Position numbers and translations under genes: made by a program
The notes under the pieces: generated by a model
Told to the model about the DNA's origin: nothing
Databases searched by the model: none
The model's input: the letters and a program-made list of their open reading frames with translations, nothing else
IMG/VR virus record: IMGVR_UViG_3300032287_003803
Origin: an uncultured virus (IMG/VR IMGVR_UViG_3300032287_003803)
Lineage: Duplodnaviria > Heunggongvirae > Uroviricota > Caudoviricetes
Direction: 5' to 3' (one strand)
Length of the DNA stretch: 64,000 bases
Part shown: positions 1 to 7,841 of the stretch, piece after piece
Layout of the letters: each line of letters begins with the position of its first letter
Position numbering within the stretch: the stretch's first letter is position 1

Positions 1-10
1 AATAGTCTTT

Positions 11-74
11 GAAGAGAGACGGCAATCGGAAAATGCCCCTAATAGGCTAGTAGGTTCAAACCCTACCCTCTTCT
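11..74 (+). ncRNA. tRNA-like element with a vestigial anticodon arm
   Basis: Acceptor-like GAAGAG/CTCTTC, D-like GGCA-ATCGGAAAA-TGCC, T arm GTAGG-TTCAAAC-CCTAC; only CCTAATAGG where the anticodon arm should be. Confidence 0.45.
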
Positions 75-181
75 TTCCTTTTAATCAATAAAAAAATATG
101 CTAAGACTAGAATCGTCAACTACTTCTGTAAATGCCGCTTGGCATTATCTCCTGGAAAACAAATGCAGTTTCAGCGCCCCT

Positions 182-391
182 GTGCAAATGCTTTCTTCTC
201 GCGCCTTGCAAATGGTTTCTTCTCGCGCCTTGCAAAAGGCAAAACTTAAACCCCTCGCGCCGATTGAAACTAAAGTAAGAATCCTCTCTAGGGCTAACGC
301 TAAAAAGAAAGCAAAAACTTTCTTGCTTAAAGCAGAGGAAAAAATCTCAAACCTCGTAAAAAAAATCTCAAACCTCGTAAAAAAAATCTCT
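182..391. repeat. Short tandem repeats (24-bp TGCAAATGSTTTCTTCTCGCGCCT x2; 21-bp AAAAATCTCAAACCTCGTAAA x2)
   Basis: Directly visible duplications. Confidence 0.8.
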
Positions 392-455
392 AGGCGGTGA
401 TAAGACAAAGGGGGGTGGAGAGGTTAGTGTTGTTCCTCTCTGCCCCCTAAGTTCT

Positions 456-504
456 CCTAGGTGATTTACCTAGGCCAGGCGGCCTGGGGTAGGTAAAATT
501 CCTA
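456..504. repeat. Palindromic cassette-boundary element, copy 1 (core 465-497)
   Basis: TTTACCTA-GG-CCAGGC-G-GCCTGG-GG-TAGGTAAA with flanking CCTAGG / CCTA. Confidence 0.9.
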
Positions 505-793
505 CTCTTTCTTAAGAAAGATGCCTAAGAAGACTATTTAAGACTTTCCTATTTAGTATTAGGGCGTTTCGAATTTGGATTTTTATCTTTTTCTATTTGA
601 CGGAAGCGTTTTTGCATCTATAGTAGAAACATGAACCACAAAGTTGGCACAATCTCAGACCGCGAATTAAAAAAGCGCGTGCGCAAAGACCTGCCGCCGC
701 CGCCGCAGAAACATAAAAGCGCCAAGGACTACCGCCGCAAAGAAAAAAACAAAAAAGACTTGCCAGAAGAATAAAAACTGTTATCTTGCCAGC

Positions 794-1171
794 ATGACCC
801 AAGCACAATTCCACAACAAAGTTCTGACTCATTACTTTGAAGCTCGCAATAAAAAACGTAATCATGCAATCTCTCAAACGATTGCGGAAATCGAAAGCAA
901 ATCAAACGAGGCAGATCAAACAAAACAAAAGCTTTTACCTAAAATGACCAAAGGGAAAGCTAAACCGTTTGAATCAATGGAATTTTATGAAGCGCGGGGC
1001 GTTTATGCCGCCCTTCTTGGTTTGGCTTACACATTGCGAGAAGCACGCAAGCAAATCTTTTACGACATTGATAAAATTGCTCACTTGACAAGGCCAGAGT
1101 GGAATGGCCGCGAACCTTTGCGGGAAGAAGTTGACACCGAAAAAATGTATGAAATTTTAAGTGACGTATAA
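794..1171 (+). CDS. Hypothetical phage protein
   Basis: 125-aa ORF; promoter TTGCCA-N16-TATCTT ends 6 nt before the ATG. Confidence 0.75.
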   Translation: MTQAQFHNKVLTHYFEARNKKRNHAISQTIAEIESKSNEADQTKQKLLPKMTKGKAKPFESMEFYEARGVYAALLGLAYTLREARKQIFYDIDKIAHLTRPEWNGREPLREEVDTEKMYEILSDV

Positions 1172-1267
1172 ACTTTCTTGACTTTCTCTCGCCTAGGGGA
1201 CAAGAGGCTCCATGCCTCGATCAACGGAGAAATCCCGCGACTTACCCTAGGTGGGGGGCTTAATACG

Positions 1268-1307
1268 TTTACCTATGCCAAGCGGCCTGGGGTAGGTAAA
1301 ATCCCTA
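1268..1307. repeat. Palindromic element, copy 2 (core 1268-1300)
   Basis: TTTACCTA-TG-CCAAGC-G-GCCTGG-GG-TAGGTAAA. Confidence 0.9.
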
Positions 1308-1449
1308 TGCTCTCTTAGGGAACACTCCTAGGGGATAACCTTGTCAAGCACTTTCTAAAAGCGTGCCAAGTTTACAAGAATAAAAAAGAATAAAAAACGC
1401 ACAAAATGATTTGCGCTCTTTCTTTGCGTGTGCTAAGTTTACCTTGCCT

Positions 1450-1689
1450 ATGAAAAAACAAACACAAGCCATTGATGTGCTGGTCAACCTAGTTGACTGG
1501 ATGATGACAAACAGCCGCGAAAACCTCGCGCCTGCTTTTGAAGCCTTGAAACTTGATGCGGACACAATCTTCTCTGCTTTCGACTTTGCCTATGGCGAAG
1601 AAGAGGAAGAAGATTCAAGCGAGCATCTTGTTCCTCGCTCGCAAGTTCGTCAGGAATTGCGTGCTATGGGAGTTGACATTGAAGACTAA
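1450..1689 (+). CDS. Small acidic hypothetical protein
   Basis: ATG at 1450 just downstream of TTGCGC...TAAGTT promoter-like sequence; acidic EEEEED tract. Confidence 0.7.
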   Translation: MKKQTQAIDVLVNLVDWMMTNSRENLAPAFEALKLDADTIFSAFDFAYGEEEEEDSSEHLVPRSQVRQELRAMGVDIED

Positions 1690-1708
1690 TCTGCTACCTT
1701 GCATTCCT

Positions 1709-2344
1709 ATGATGACACCGACAATTGCTAAACAATTAACTGGCGGGCTTTCCAAGCCTTCTAAAATGCCAGGCTTTGCCTACTCTATCCCTGCGCAAGC
1801 GTGCGGGGTTGGTTCGCGCCTTCGCACTGTGCAAGGCTCCATCTGCTCGAAGTGCTACGCTCTAAAGGGGCGCTACGTTTTCAGCAACGTGAAAAATGCC
1901 TTGTATCGTCGCCTTGCTTCTCTTGTTAATCAAGAGTGGGTTGAAGCGATGGCGTTTCAAATTAATCATGCCTCTGTGAATGTTTTCCGCTGGCATGATG
2001 CGGGCGATTTGCAATCCCTCGAACACTTGGAAAAAATCGCGGCAGTTTGCGAGGCTACGCCCGACGTGCGCCACTGGCTCCCGACTAGGGAATACGCTAT
2101 CGTGACAGAATACAAGGAAAAGCATGGCGCGTTTCCCGCCAATCTTAACATTAGGCTTTCTGCCTACATGATGGATGGCCCCTTGCCTACTGGCGCTGCT
2201 GAACGCCTAGGCGTCACAGTGTCGGGCGTTACTAGTGACCCTAGCAAAGTCACCTGCCCCGCCTACAAACAAGGCGGCGTGTGCGGCAGTTGCCGCGCCT
2301 GCTGGGATAAGAATCAAGACGTAGTAATGTATCCTAAACACTAA
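1709..2344 (+). CDS. Gp88-like Cys-rich (Fe-S / radical-SAM-like) phage protein
   Basis: LSKPSKMPG, C-x12-CxxCYA, FRWHDAGD, HWLPTRE, C-terminal CPA...CxxCRACW; promoter TTGACA-N16-TACCTT upstream. Confidence 0.8.
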   Translation: MMTPTIAKQLTGGLSKPSKMPGFAYSIPAQACGVGSRLRTVQGSICSKCYALKGRYVFSNVKNALYRRLASLVNQEWVEAMAFQINHASVNVFRWHDAGDLQSLEHLEKIAAVCEATPDVRHWLPTREYAIVTEYKEKHGAFPANLNIRLSAYMMDGPLPTGAAERLGVTVSGVTSDPSKVTCPAYKQGGVCGSCRACWDKNQDVVMYPKH

Positions 2345-2412
2345 TGGAAATTCTAATTGTTTTTCTTATAGCGATGCTCGCCACGCTGGTCAGATCAAGG
2401 TAAACTCCTACG

Positions 2413-2440
2413 AGGGGGGCGGGAAACCGCCCTCTTTTTT
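2413..2440 (+). terminator. Intrinsic terminator
   Basis: GGGCGG-GAAA-CCGCCC followed by T run. Confidence 0.85.
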
Positions 2441-2450
2441 AGGCTCCATC

Positions 2451-2499
2451 CCTAGGGAATTTACCTAGGCCAGGCCGCCTGGGATAGGTAAAACTCCTA
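2451..2499. repeat. Palindromic element, copy 3 (core 2460-2492)
   Basis: TTTACCTA-GG-CCAGGC-C-GCCTGG-GA-TAGGTAAA. Confidence 0.9.
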
Positions 2500-2678
2500 T
2501 GCCCACATAGGAACATTCCCTAAGCATTCAATTACCGTGCCAACTTCGCAAAAACTTTTGTGCAAAAAACTTCGGCCATAATGCAGAAACACGTTGTCTT
2601 TTGTTTTTGATGTGGTATCTTTACCCACGTTCAAAACAGAACGCTTCAACGAACCAAAACCAAAACACGAAAAATACT

Positions 2679-3449
2679 ATGTCACTCCTCATCGCCAAAA
2701 ACAAAATCTCCGCCGAACAACTCGCCACTGTCGCCACTCCTGAGAAAACCGAATCTTTCCAGCCAATCGGCCACGCCTATCTGGTTGACCAGATGCGCGA
2801 GGCAATCGCCCGTGCTGGCTACAACGTGAAAGAGGAGGAACACGCGCTCGCCCGCATGGGTCAGCGTTACTTCGGCGGCTTCGTCATTACTGGTAAAAAC
2901 ATCGACGCAACTGATCGCCAGCTTGTGCTCGGTTTGCGCAACGCGCACGACAAGAGCTTCGCGGCTTCTGTGTGCATTGGGAATCGAATGATCGTTTGCG
3001 AAAACCTTTGTTTCGCCAGTGACATCAAACTCGCCCGCAAGCATACCACGAACATCATGCGCGACATTCCCCGCGTTCTCGGCGAGGCTGTGGGTCGCCT
3101 TGTCTCTCACTTCACCGACATGCAGAACCGCATCGAAAACTACAAGACCTTCGAGCTTGTCGAAGATGAGGCCGCTGGCTTGATCGTGAAACTGGCAGAT
3201 GCCAAGGCGATTCCTGCCCGCGAGGTTTACCCCATTATGCAGCAATTCCGCACGCCTAACCATCCTGAGTTCAACGGCCATACGCTGTGGAGTCTCTACA
3301 ATGGCGTGACAGAATGCCTTAAGGGCGGCGACTTGAGCAAGCTGCCCGCCCGCACCATGACCATGCAGAGTGTCTTCGATGCTCGCGTAGGTCATCGCCC
3401 TATCATCGAAGCGGAGATTGACACTGCCGAGCTTGTGATGGAAGCGTAA
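2679..3449 (+). CDS. DUF932-family protein
   Basis: LGLRNAHDKSFAA...GNRMIVCENLCF...RKHT, and TLWSLYNGVTE motifs typical of DUF932. Confidence 0.8.
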   Translation: MSLLIAKNKISAEQLATVATPEKTESFQPIGHAYLVDQMREAIARAGYNVKEEEHALARMGQRYFGGFVITGKNIDATDRQLVLGLRNAHDKSFAASVCIGNRMIVCENLCFASDIKLARKHTTNIMRDIPRVLGEAVGRLVSHFTDMQNRIENYKTFELVEDEAAGLIVKLADAKAIPAREVYPIMQQFRTPNHPEFNGHTLWSLYNGVTECLKGGDLSKLPARTMTMQSVFDARVGHRPIIEAEIDTAELVMEA

Positions 3450-3462
3450 GCAAAACCTCTAC

Positions 3463-3489
3463 GGGGGGCGGGAAACCGCCCCCTTTCTT
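3463..3489 (+). terminator. Intrinsic terminator
   Basis: GGGGGCGG-GAAA-CCGCCCCC-TTTCTT. Confidence 0.85.
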
Positions 3490-3499
3490 ATGCCCTACA

Positions 3500-3548
3500 C
3501 CTAGGAGTTTTACCTATGCCAGGCCGTCTGGGCTAGGTAAACTACCTA
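3500..3548. repeat. Palindromic element, copy 4 (core 3509-3541)
   Basis: TTTACCTA-TG-CCAGGC-C-GTCTGG-GC-TAGGTAAA. Confidence 0.9.
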
Positions 3549-3608
3549 AGCAATAAAAAATAGATAAAAAAGAGTTGATTCCTTCTCTGTTTCTGTTATC
3601 TTACCCCC

Positions 3609-3920
3609 ATGAACGCAATCAAAGAAATTCTTGTTAACGGCGGCTACGTCACTGCCGCCCATCATGCCGAACTCGCTTCGGAGTTTCCGAATCTTACAGT
3701 GTGCGTCAAGTGGGGCGCAGGAACTCGCCAGCTTACCACACTCGACAAGCTGGACAGTGTGATGGAAGCGGGTGAAGCTCGCGGCGACTATGTTCGCGAA
3801 GTTTTTGTCCCCGTCTCGGTTTTTGACAAGCTCCGCGAAGCTTTCGGCATCACAGACGAAGATCAAAGGAAATACTATCAAGAACTAGAAATGCAATCAA
3901 AACTCTCTGGCCTATCATGA
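3609..3920 (+). CDS. Hypothetical protein, paralog A of 4746-5030
   Basis: Close protein similarity to 4746-5030; promoter TTGATT-N16-TATCTT 6 nt before ATG. Confidence 0.85.
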   Translation: MNAIKEILVNGGYVTAAHHAELASEFPNLTVCVKWGAGTRQLTTLDKLDSVMEAGEARGDYVREVFVPVSVFDKLREAFGITDEDQRKYYQELEMQSKLSGLS

Positions 3921-4276
3921 AAACCGTTCGCATCTATCGAAACCTACACAAGAAATGCCTCTCTGTTCTTCACAAGACGGAAAGAGGCTGGAGGCTTTGG
4001 AAACACGTTCCGCGCATTGAAGTTTTTAATGTAGTTTTTAAAGTGTCGCAAGCTGGGCGCGAGCGAGTGCTGAAAGAAAAGCGCAAAAATGTTCATGCTT
4101 TCATCGAAGGTGACTACGCTGGCGTGACAAATGTGACAAGCTCTAACCTTCGCTTTGTTAGATATAATCCCTATGTGGCTGGGCACTTCTTTGATCAGGA
4201 TACGAAAAAAGCCGTAAAAGAATCTTCTTGGGCTTTTGTAAACGAAAAAGGCATCATGGCCATAAATGTTCTCTAG
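3917..4276 (+). CDS. Conserved phage hypothetical protein
   Basis: YRNLH...VSQAGRERVLKEKRKNVHAF...YNPY pattern common in phage early regions; ATGA overlap with upstream gene. Confidence 0.8.
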   Translation: MKTVRIYRNLHKKCLSVLHKTERGWRLWKHVPRIEVFNVVFKVSQAGRERVLKEKRKNVHAFIEGDYAGVTNVTSSNLRFVRYNPYVAGHFFDQDTKKAVKESSWAFVNEKGIMAINVL

Positions 4277-4281
4277 GCAAA

Positions 4282-4308
4282 GGGGGGGCGGGAAACCGCC
4301 CCTTTTTT
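4282..4308 (+). terminator. Intrinsic terminator
   Basis: GGGGCGG-GAAA-CCGCCCC-TTTTTT. Confidence 0.85.
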
Positions 4309-4318
4309 ATGCCAATGT

Positions 4319-4360
4319 CCTAGGGAAATTACCTAGGCGAAGCCGCTTGGGATAGGTAAA
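4319..4360. repeat. Palindromic element, copy 5 (core 4328-4360)
   Basis: ATTACCTA-GG-CGAAGC-C-GCTTGG-GA-TAGGTAAA. Confidence 0.85.
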
Positions 4361-4426
4361 ACATGTAAGCAATAAAAACAGATAAAAAAAGAGTTGCGAG
4401 GTTCTCTTTTTCTGCTATCTTCTCAC

Positions 4427-4741
4427 ATGGACACGAAAAACATCACCGAACAAATCGAAACCTTCCGCGTTGCCTTGGAAAACATGCTGCTGGAATATCG
4501 CATCGCACCCTTCCCCACGCTGCCAGCGCCCACTGTGGAAATCTCCACTGGCAAACGCTTTGCGCGAATCATTAAAAAAGATGGTTCTAGCGTTTCCGCT
4601 TATGGTTTTATTGATCTAAGCAATGGCGACTTGCTCAAAGCGGCGTCATGGAAAGCGCCAGCCATGCACGCTCGCGGAAACATTTTCAATCAGGACATTC
4701 TTTCTGGTTGCGGCCTTTATGGAATGGCGTATCTTAAATAA
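4427..4741 (+). CDS. Conserved phage hypothetical protein
   Basis: FIDLSNGDLLKAASWKAPA..ARGNI motif; promoter TTGCGA-N16-TATCTT 5 nt before ATG 4427. Confidence 0.8.
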   Translation: MDTKNITEQIETFRVALENMLLEYRIAPFPTLPAPTVEISTGKRFARIIKKDGSSVSAYGFIDLSNGDLLKAASWKAPAMHARGNIFNQDILSGCGLYGMAYLK

Positions 4742-4745
4742 CACC

Positions 4746-5030
4746 ATGAACACAATAAAAGAAATCCTAGTCAATGGCGGATACGTTTCCGCCGCTCATC
4801 ATGCCGAACTTGTTTCGGACTTTCCGAATCTTACAGTGTGCGTGAAGTGGGGCGCGGCCCCTCGCCAAAGCACCACGCTCGGCCAGCTTGACAGCGTAAT
4901 CGAAGCGGGCGAAGCTCGCGGCGATTATGTGCGCGAGGTTTTCGTGCCCGTTCTTGTTCTCGACAAACTGCGCGAGGCTTTCGGAATCACGGAAGAAGAT
5001 CAAAAAGAATACTATAAAAACCTCCAATAG
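4746..5030 (+). CDS. Hypothetical protein, paralog B of 3609-3920
   Basis: MNTIKEILVNGGYV...CVKWGA...ARGDYVREVFVP shared with 3609-3920. Confidence 0.85.
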   Translation: MNTIKEILVNGGYVSAAHHAELVSDFPNLTVCVKWGAAPRQSTTLGQLDSVIEAGEARGDYVREVFVPVLVLDKLREAFGITEEDQKEYYKNLQ

Positions 5031-5035
5031 TAAAG

Positions 5036-5058
5036 AAGCGCGGGAAACCGCGCTTTTT
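5036..5058 (+). terminator. Intrinsic terminator
   Basis: AAGCGCGG-GAAA-CCGCGCTT-TTT. Confidence 0.85.
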
Positions 5059-5069
5059 CGTGCCCTCTA

Positions 5070-5118
5070 CCTAGGAGATTTACCTATGGCAAGCGGCCTG
5101 GGCTAGGTAAAACCCCTA
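5070..5118. repeat. Palindromic element, copy 6 (core 5079-5111)
   Basis: TTTACCTA-TG-GCAAGC-G-GCCTGG-GC-TAGGTAAA. Confidence 0.9.
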
Positions 5119-5156
5119 CCCTCACTAAGAAATTCCAGTATGTTTCCTAGGAGTCT

Positions 5157-5266
5157 TTATTACGCATATTCTCGTTCAGTTATTAGGAGTTTTCTCTTTC
5201 ATTATTACGCATTCTCTTATTTGCTATTAAGGCGTTTCGAATTCATTATTAGGACGAATCGCGCTC
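5157..5266. repeat. Degenerate ~22-bp tandem repeats (TTATTA-led, 5 units)
   Basis: Units begin at ~5157, 5180, 5202, 5224, 5246. Confidence 0.6.
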
Positions 5267-5482
5267 ACTTTGGTTGTTTCTTTAAGCTCTTTTTTAAAGA
5301 GATTTTTTAGTTTGGCTCGAACAGCGGTGCCGTCTTTTTTGTGATATTTAGAGCTGTTCATGGAACCATCATTATATTTGCGATAGTGAGCTTTCATAAG
5401 GCTATAAGATAGACGTGGTTATTATTAAGTAAACTGTTTTTTGTTTCACTTATTAGAAGAAATCGCGCTACTTATTAGGTGG

Positions 5483-5557
5483 TGGCACGCTCGGAAGAAA
5501 TCGAATCTTCATCACTGATTTAGAAAAACAGGGCTTTATCCATTAAGCTACGAGCGC
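5483..5557 (-). tRNA. tRNA-Arg(UCU)
   Basis: GCGCTCG/CGAGCGT acceptor, loop TT-TCT-AA, T arm GAAGA-TTCGATT-TCTTC, encoded CCA. Confidence 0.9.
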
Positions 5558-5599
5558 GTTTGCCTCCCCCTTTCGGGGGAAGCGGCTAACGAACCACCA

Positions 5600-6508
5600 T
5601 TAACCAATTGTTTCCAAGAGACGCAAGCCTTGACTTGTGATCTCGCGTTTCGTGTCGATGCGCAGGAGATTCATCTTGAGCAAGTGAAGCTCTGCATCTT
5701 TGCGGAGAGCTTGAACGCTAAGGCCAGTGATGGCGCTGAGCATTGTGAGAGTTAAGGGGCCGCGCTCTTTGAGAGCAGAGAGAATCTGAATCTCTGTATT
5801 GGTAAGGCCGCGCTTGTTGATGTTGGCTTTGTGGCATAGGCTAGCCCAATCTTCGGTGGAGAAGTCAGGGTTGTTCTTTGCCTCACAATACATTTCGATT
5901 TCTTTTGCACGCTTGACTGCGCTGCGAGCATTGCCGCGAATTGTCGTGGCGATGTCATCAAGAACACCAGCGGCGAACTTCACAGCAGGAATGCGCTTCT
6001 TGATGATGTCCTTCACTTCGCTGTTGCTATAGGGGACAAAATCAACAACAGTAAGGCGATCCTTGAATGGCGCAAACAAACGATCCATTTCAGTCGTTGC
6101 GAAGATGAGGCTCATTTTGGAGAAGTCGAAAACGTATTCGACATCTTGATGAGTGTATTCAACGACTGTTTTCTTTTCTGTGTTTAGGATAGAGAGAAAA
6201 GCAGCGACGAGCTTCTTGGGCAGTTCATGACTCTCATCAAATAGAAGACAACATTCCGTGTCTTGGATTTGAGGCATCATCTGTTCGAAAAACTGCTTTT
6301 CACTTTTAATGGAAGCACTATTGATTTCATAAAAGGTTTTTTTACATGCTGCGCCAACTGCGCGAGCAAATTCAGTTTTACCAATACCTCTCTGTCCATT
6401 GAACATGAGAAAAGGTAAAACGCCAGTGGCTCGATGAGCGTCCAAATAAAAAGAAAGTTGGCGCTTGATGTGTTCTTGTCCGACGATGTTTTTGAATGCT
6501 TGGTTCAT
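5600..6508 (-). CDS. ruvB: Holliday junction branch-migration helicase RuvB-like AAA+ ATPase
   Basis: F..IVGQ.HIK N-terminus, Walker A GQRGIGKT, Walker B LLFDESH, LIFATT, RGNAR sensor, C-terminal winged helix. Confidence 0.85.
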   Translation of the reverse strand: MNQAFKNIVGQEHIKRQLSFYLDAHRATGVLPFLMFNGQRGIGKTEFARAVGAACKKTFYEINSASIKSEKQFFEQMMPQIQDTECCLLFDESHELPKKLVAAFLSILNTEKKTVVEYTHQDVEYVFDFSKMSLIFATTEMDRLFAPFKDRLTVVDFVPYSNSEVKDIIKKRIPAVKFAAGVLDDIATTIRGNARSAVKRAKEIEMYCEAKNNPDFSTEDWASLCHKANINKRGLTNTEIQILSALKERGPLTLTMLSAITGLSVQALRKDAELHLLKMNLLRIDTKREITSQGLRLLETIG

Positions 6509-6606
6509 AGTAGTGGTGGTTCGTGTGAGCAATTAATATAGGTAAAAAGTTGTCAGTGTCAACGTTAATTTGAAGAAAAATTGAACTAAAAATGTAATAT
6601 ATATGA

Positions 6607-7296
6607 ATGAATTATTCCAAAATCTACAGCGATTTAATCGAGTCCGCTAAACTCCGACCAAACTTACCATTATTAAATGGCTATACAGAAAAACATCATA
6701 TTATTCCTCGTAGTATGGGAGGTTCTAACGATAAAGAGAATATTGTTTCTTTAACGGCTAGAGAACATTTTGTAGCTCATTGGTTGCTTTGGAGAATTCA
6801 TAGAAATAAAGAAATGGCGTTTGCCTTCGCTTGTATGTTTAGAAACAACAAACAAAATATTCGATCTGATAAACGTTATAAAAATGGAAGAGCTTTTCAA
6901 GAAGCTAAAGAAGCTATAAGTAAAGTTTTAAAAGGAAAAGTAGGCGTCAAACGCTCAGAAGAGACAAAACAAAAAATTTCACAATCTCACTTGGGTAAAA
7001 AAGCTTCGCCTTTAGCTCGTAAAAAATTATCTGATTATGCCAGAAATAGAAATCCTGAGCATAAAGAAAAAATTGCTAAATCTAGTTTGGGCAGAAAAGC
7101 TTCCGAAGAAACAAGAAGAAAAATTTCTTCCTTTCATCAAGGAAAAGAAAAATCAGAAGAGCATCGTCGCAAAATAGGTGAAGCTAATAGTAGAAGAGTC
7201 GTTACTCAAGAAACTAAAGAAAAATTATCTCGCCTCGCTAGAGAGAGACACCGACGCAAATTAGAAGAAAGAGGCGAGTTACCGCCCCTTTCTTAA
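6607..7296 (+). CDS. Free-standing HNH homing endonuclease with NUMOD3-type repeats
   Basis: EKHHIIPRSMGGSN..ENIV.LTAREHFVAH; repeated SEET(K/R)xKIS motifs; opposite strand to neighbours. Confidence 0.9.
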   Translation: MNYSKIYSDLIESAKLRPNLPLLNGYTEKHHIIPRSMGGSNDKENIVSLTAREHFVAHWLLWRIHRNKEMAFAFACMFRNNKQNIRSDKRYKNGRAFQEAKEAISKVLKGKVGVKRSEETKQKISQSHLGKKASPLARKKLSDYARNRNPEHKEKIAKSSLGRKASEETRRKISSFHQGKEKSEEHRRKIGEANSRRVVTQETKEKLSRLARERHRRKLEERGELPPLS

Positions 7297-7306
7297 AAGT
7301 TTTTAT

Positions 7307-7594
7307 TTATTCTGCTCCTACCAGAATTTCTTCGGGTGAGGCGGCAAGCGCTTCACACTCCTCATCAAAGCGGGTTACGCTGAACTGAATCTGCGGCTCT
7401 GGTTCGACAATTGTGACGGTTTCAGCGACAACCAGAGGCGTAGGCTTCTCGACAGAAATTCCATATTCCCTCAAAAATATTGCGCCAACAGGAATCGCAA
7501 TGTCTTGATTAAAAAGCTCATTAAGCTGGCGAAGAGTGATGTTGACAAGGCTTTTTGCTCCTGCTGGGCGTCCGCGTTTAGGTTGTGAGTTCAT
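7307..7594 (-). CDS. Hypothetical protein with AT-hook-like KRGRP N-terminus
   Basis: ORF with own promoter TTGACA-N16-TATATT. Confidence 0.7.
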   Translation of the reverse strand: MNSQPKRGRPAGAKSLVNITLRQLNELFNQDIAIPVGAIFLREYGISVEKPTPLVVAETVTIVEPEPQIQFSVTRFDEECEALAASPEEILVGAE

Positions 7595-7602
7595 AGTGGT
7601 GT

Positions 7603-7632
7603 TAATATAAGGACTTTTTATTCAGTGTCAAG
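7603..7632 (-). promoter_or_regulatory. sigma70-type promoter (identical copy at ~7827-7856)
   Basis: TTGACACTGAATAAAAAGTCCTTATATTA on - strand, twice. Confidence 0.85.
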
Positions 7633-7634
7633 AA

Positions 7635-7820
7635 TTATTCGTGAGGAAGTTGTTCTAAAACTTTGACAAAAATTTGTTCCAAATCTTCCATTTGTTCAAT
7701 GTAGTCAAGAGAACCTTTTTCAAAATAACCAACACAGTAATTAAGGTTGTCAAAGAAAGAAATTGCTTCTTCGGTTTGGAACCAGTTAATGAGTGATTGT
7801 GCAAGATGTTTTGTTTTCAT
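7635..7820 (-). CDS. Small hypothetical protein
   Basis: ORF with adjacent promoter. Confidence 0.65.
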   Translation of the reverse strand: MKTKHLAQSLINWFQTEEAISFFDNLNYCVGYFEKGSLDYIEQMEDLEQIFVKVLEQLPHE

Positions 7821-7841
7821 GGTGGATAATATAAGGACTTT

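Noticed and set aside
98..923. ORFs 98-400, 145-408, 593-877, 729-923
   Set aside because: Low-complexity, repeat-derived or antisense ORFs without recognisable motifs
2682..3395. 237-aa antisense ORF
   Set aside because: Shadow of the GC-rich DUF932 gene
456..5118. CRISPR array interpretation of the 33-bp palindromes
   Set aside because: Intervals are 750-1200 bp and contain genes; no cas genes seen
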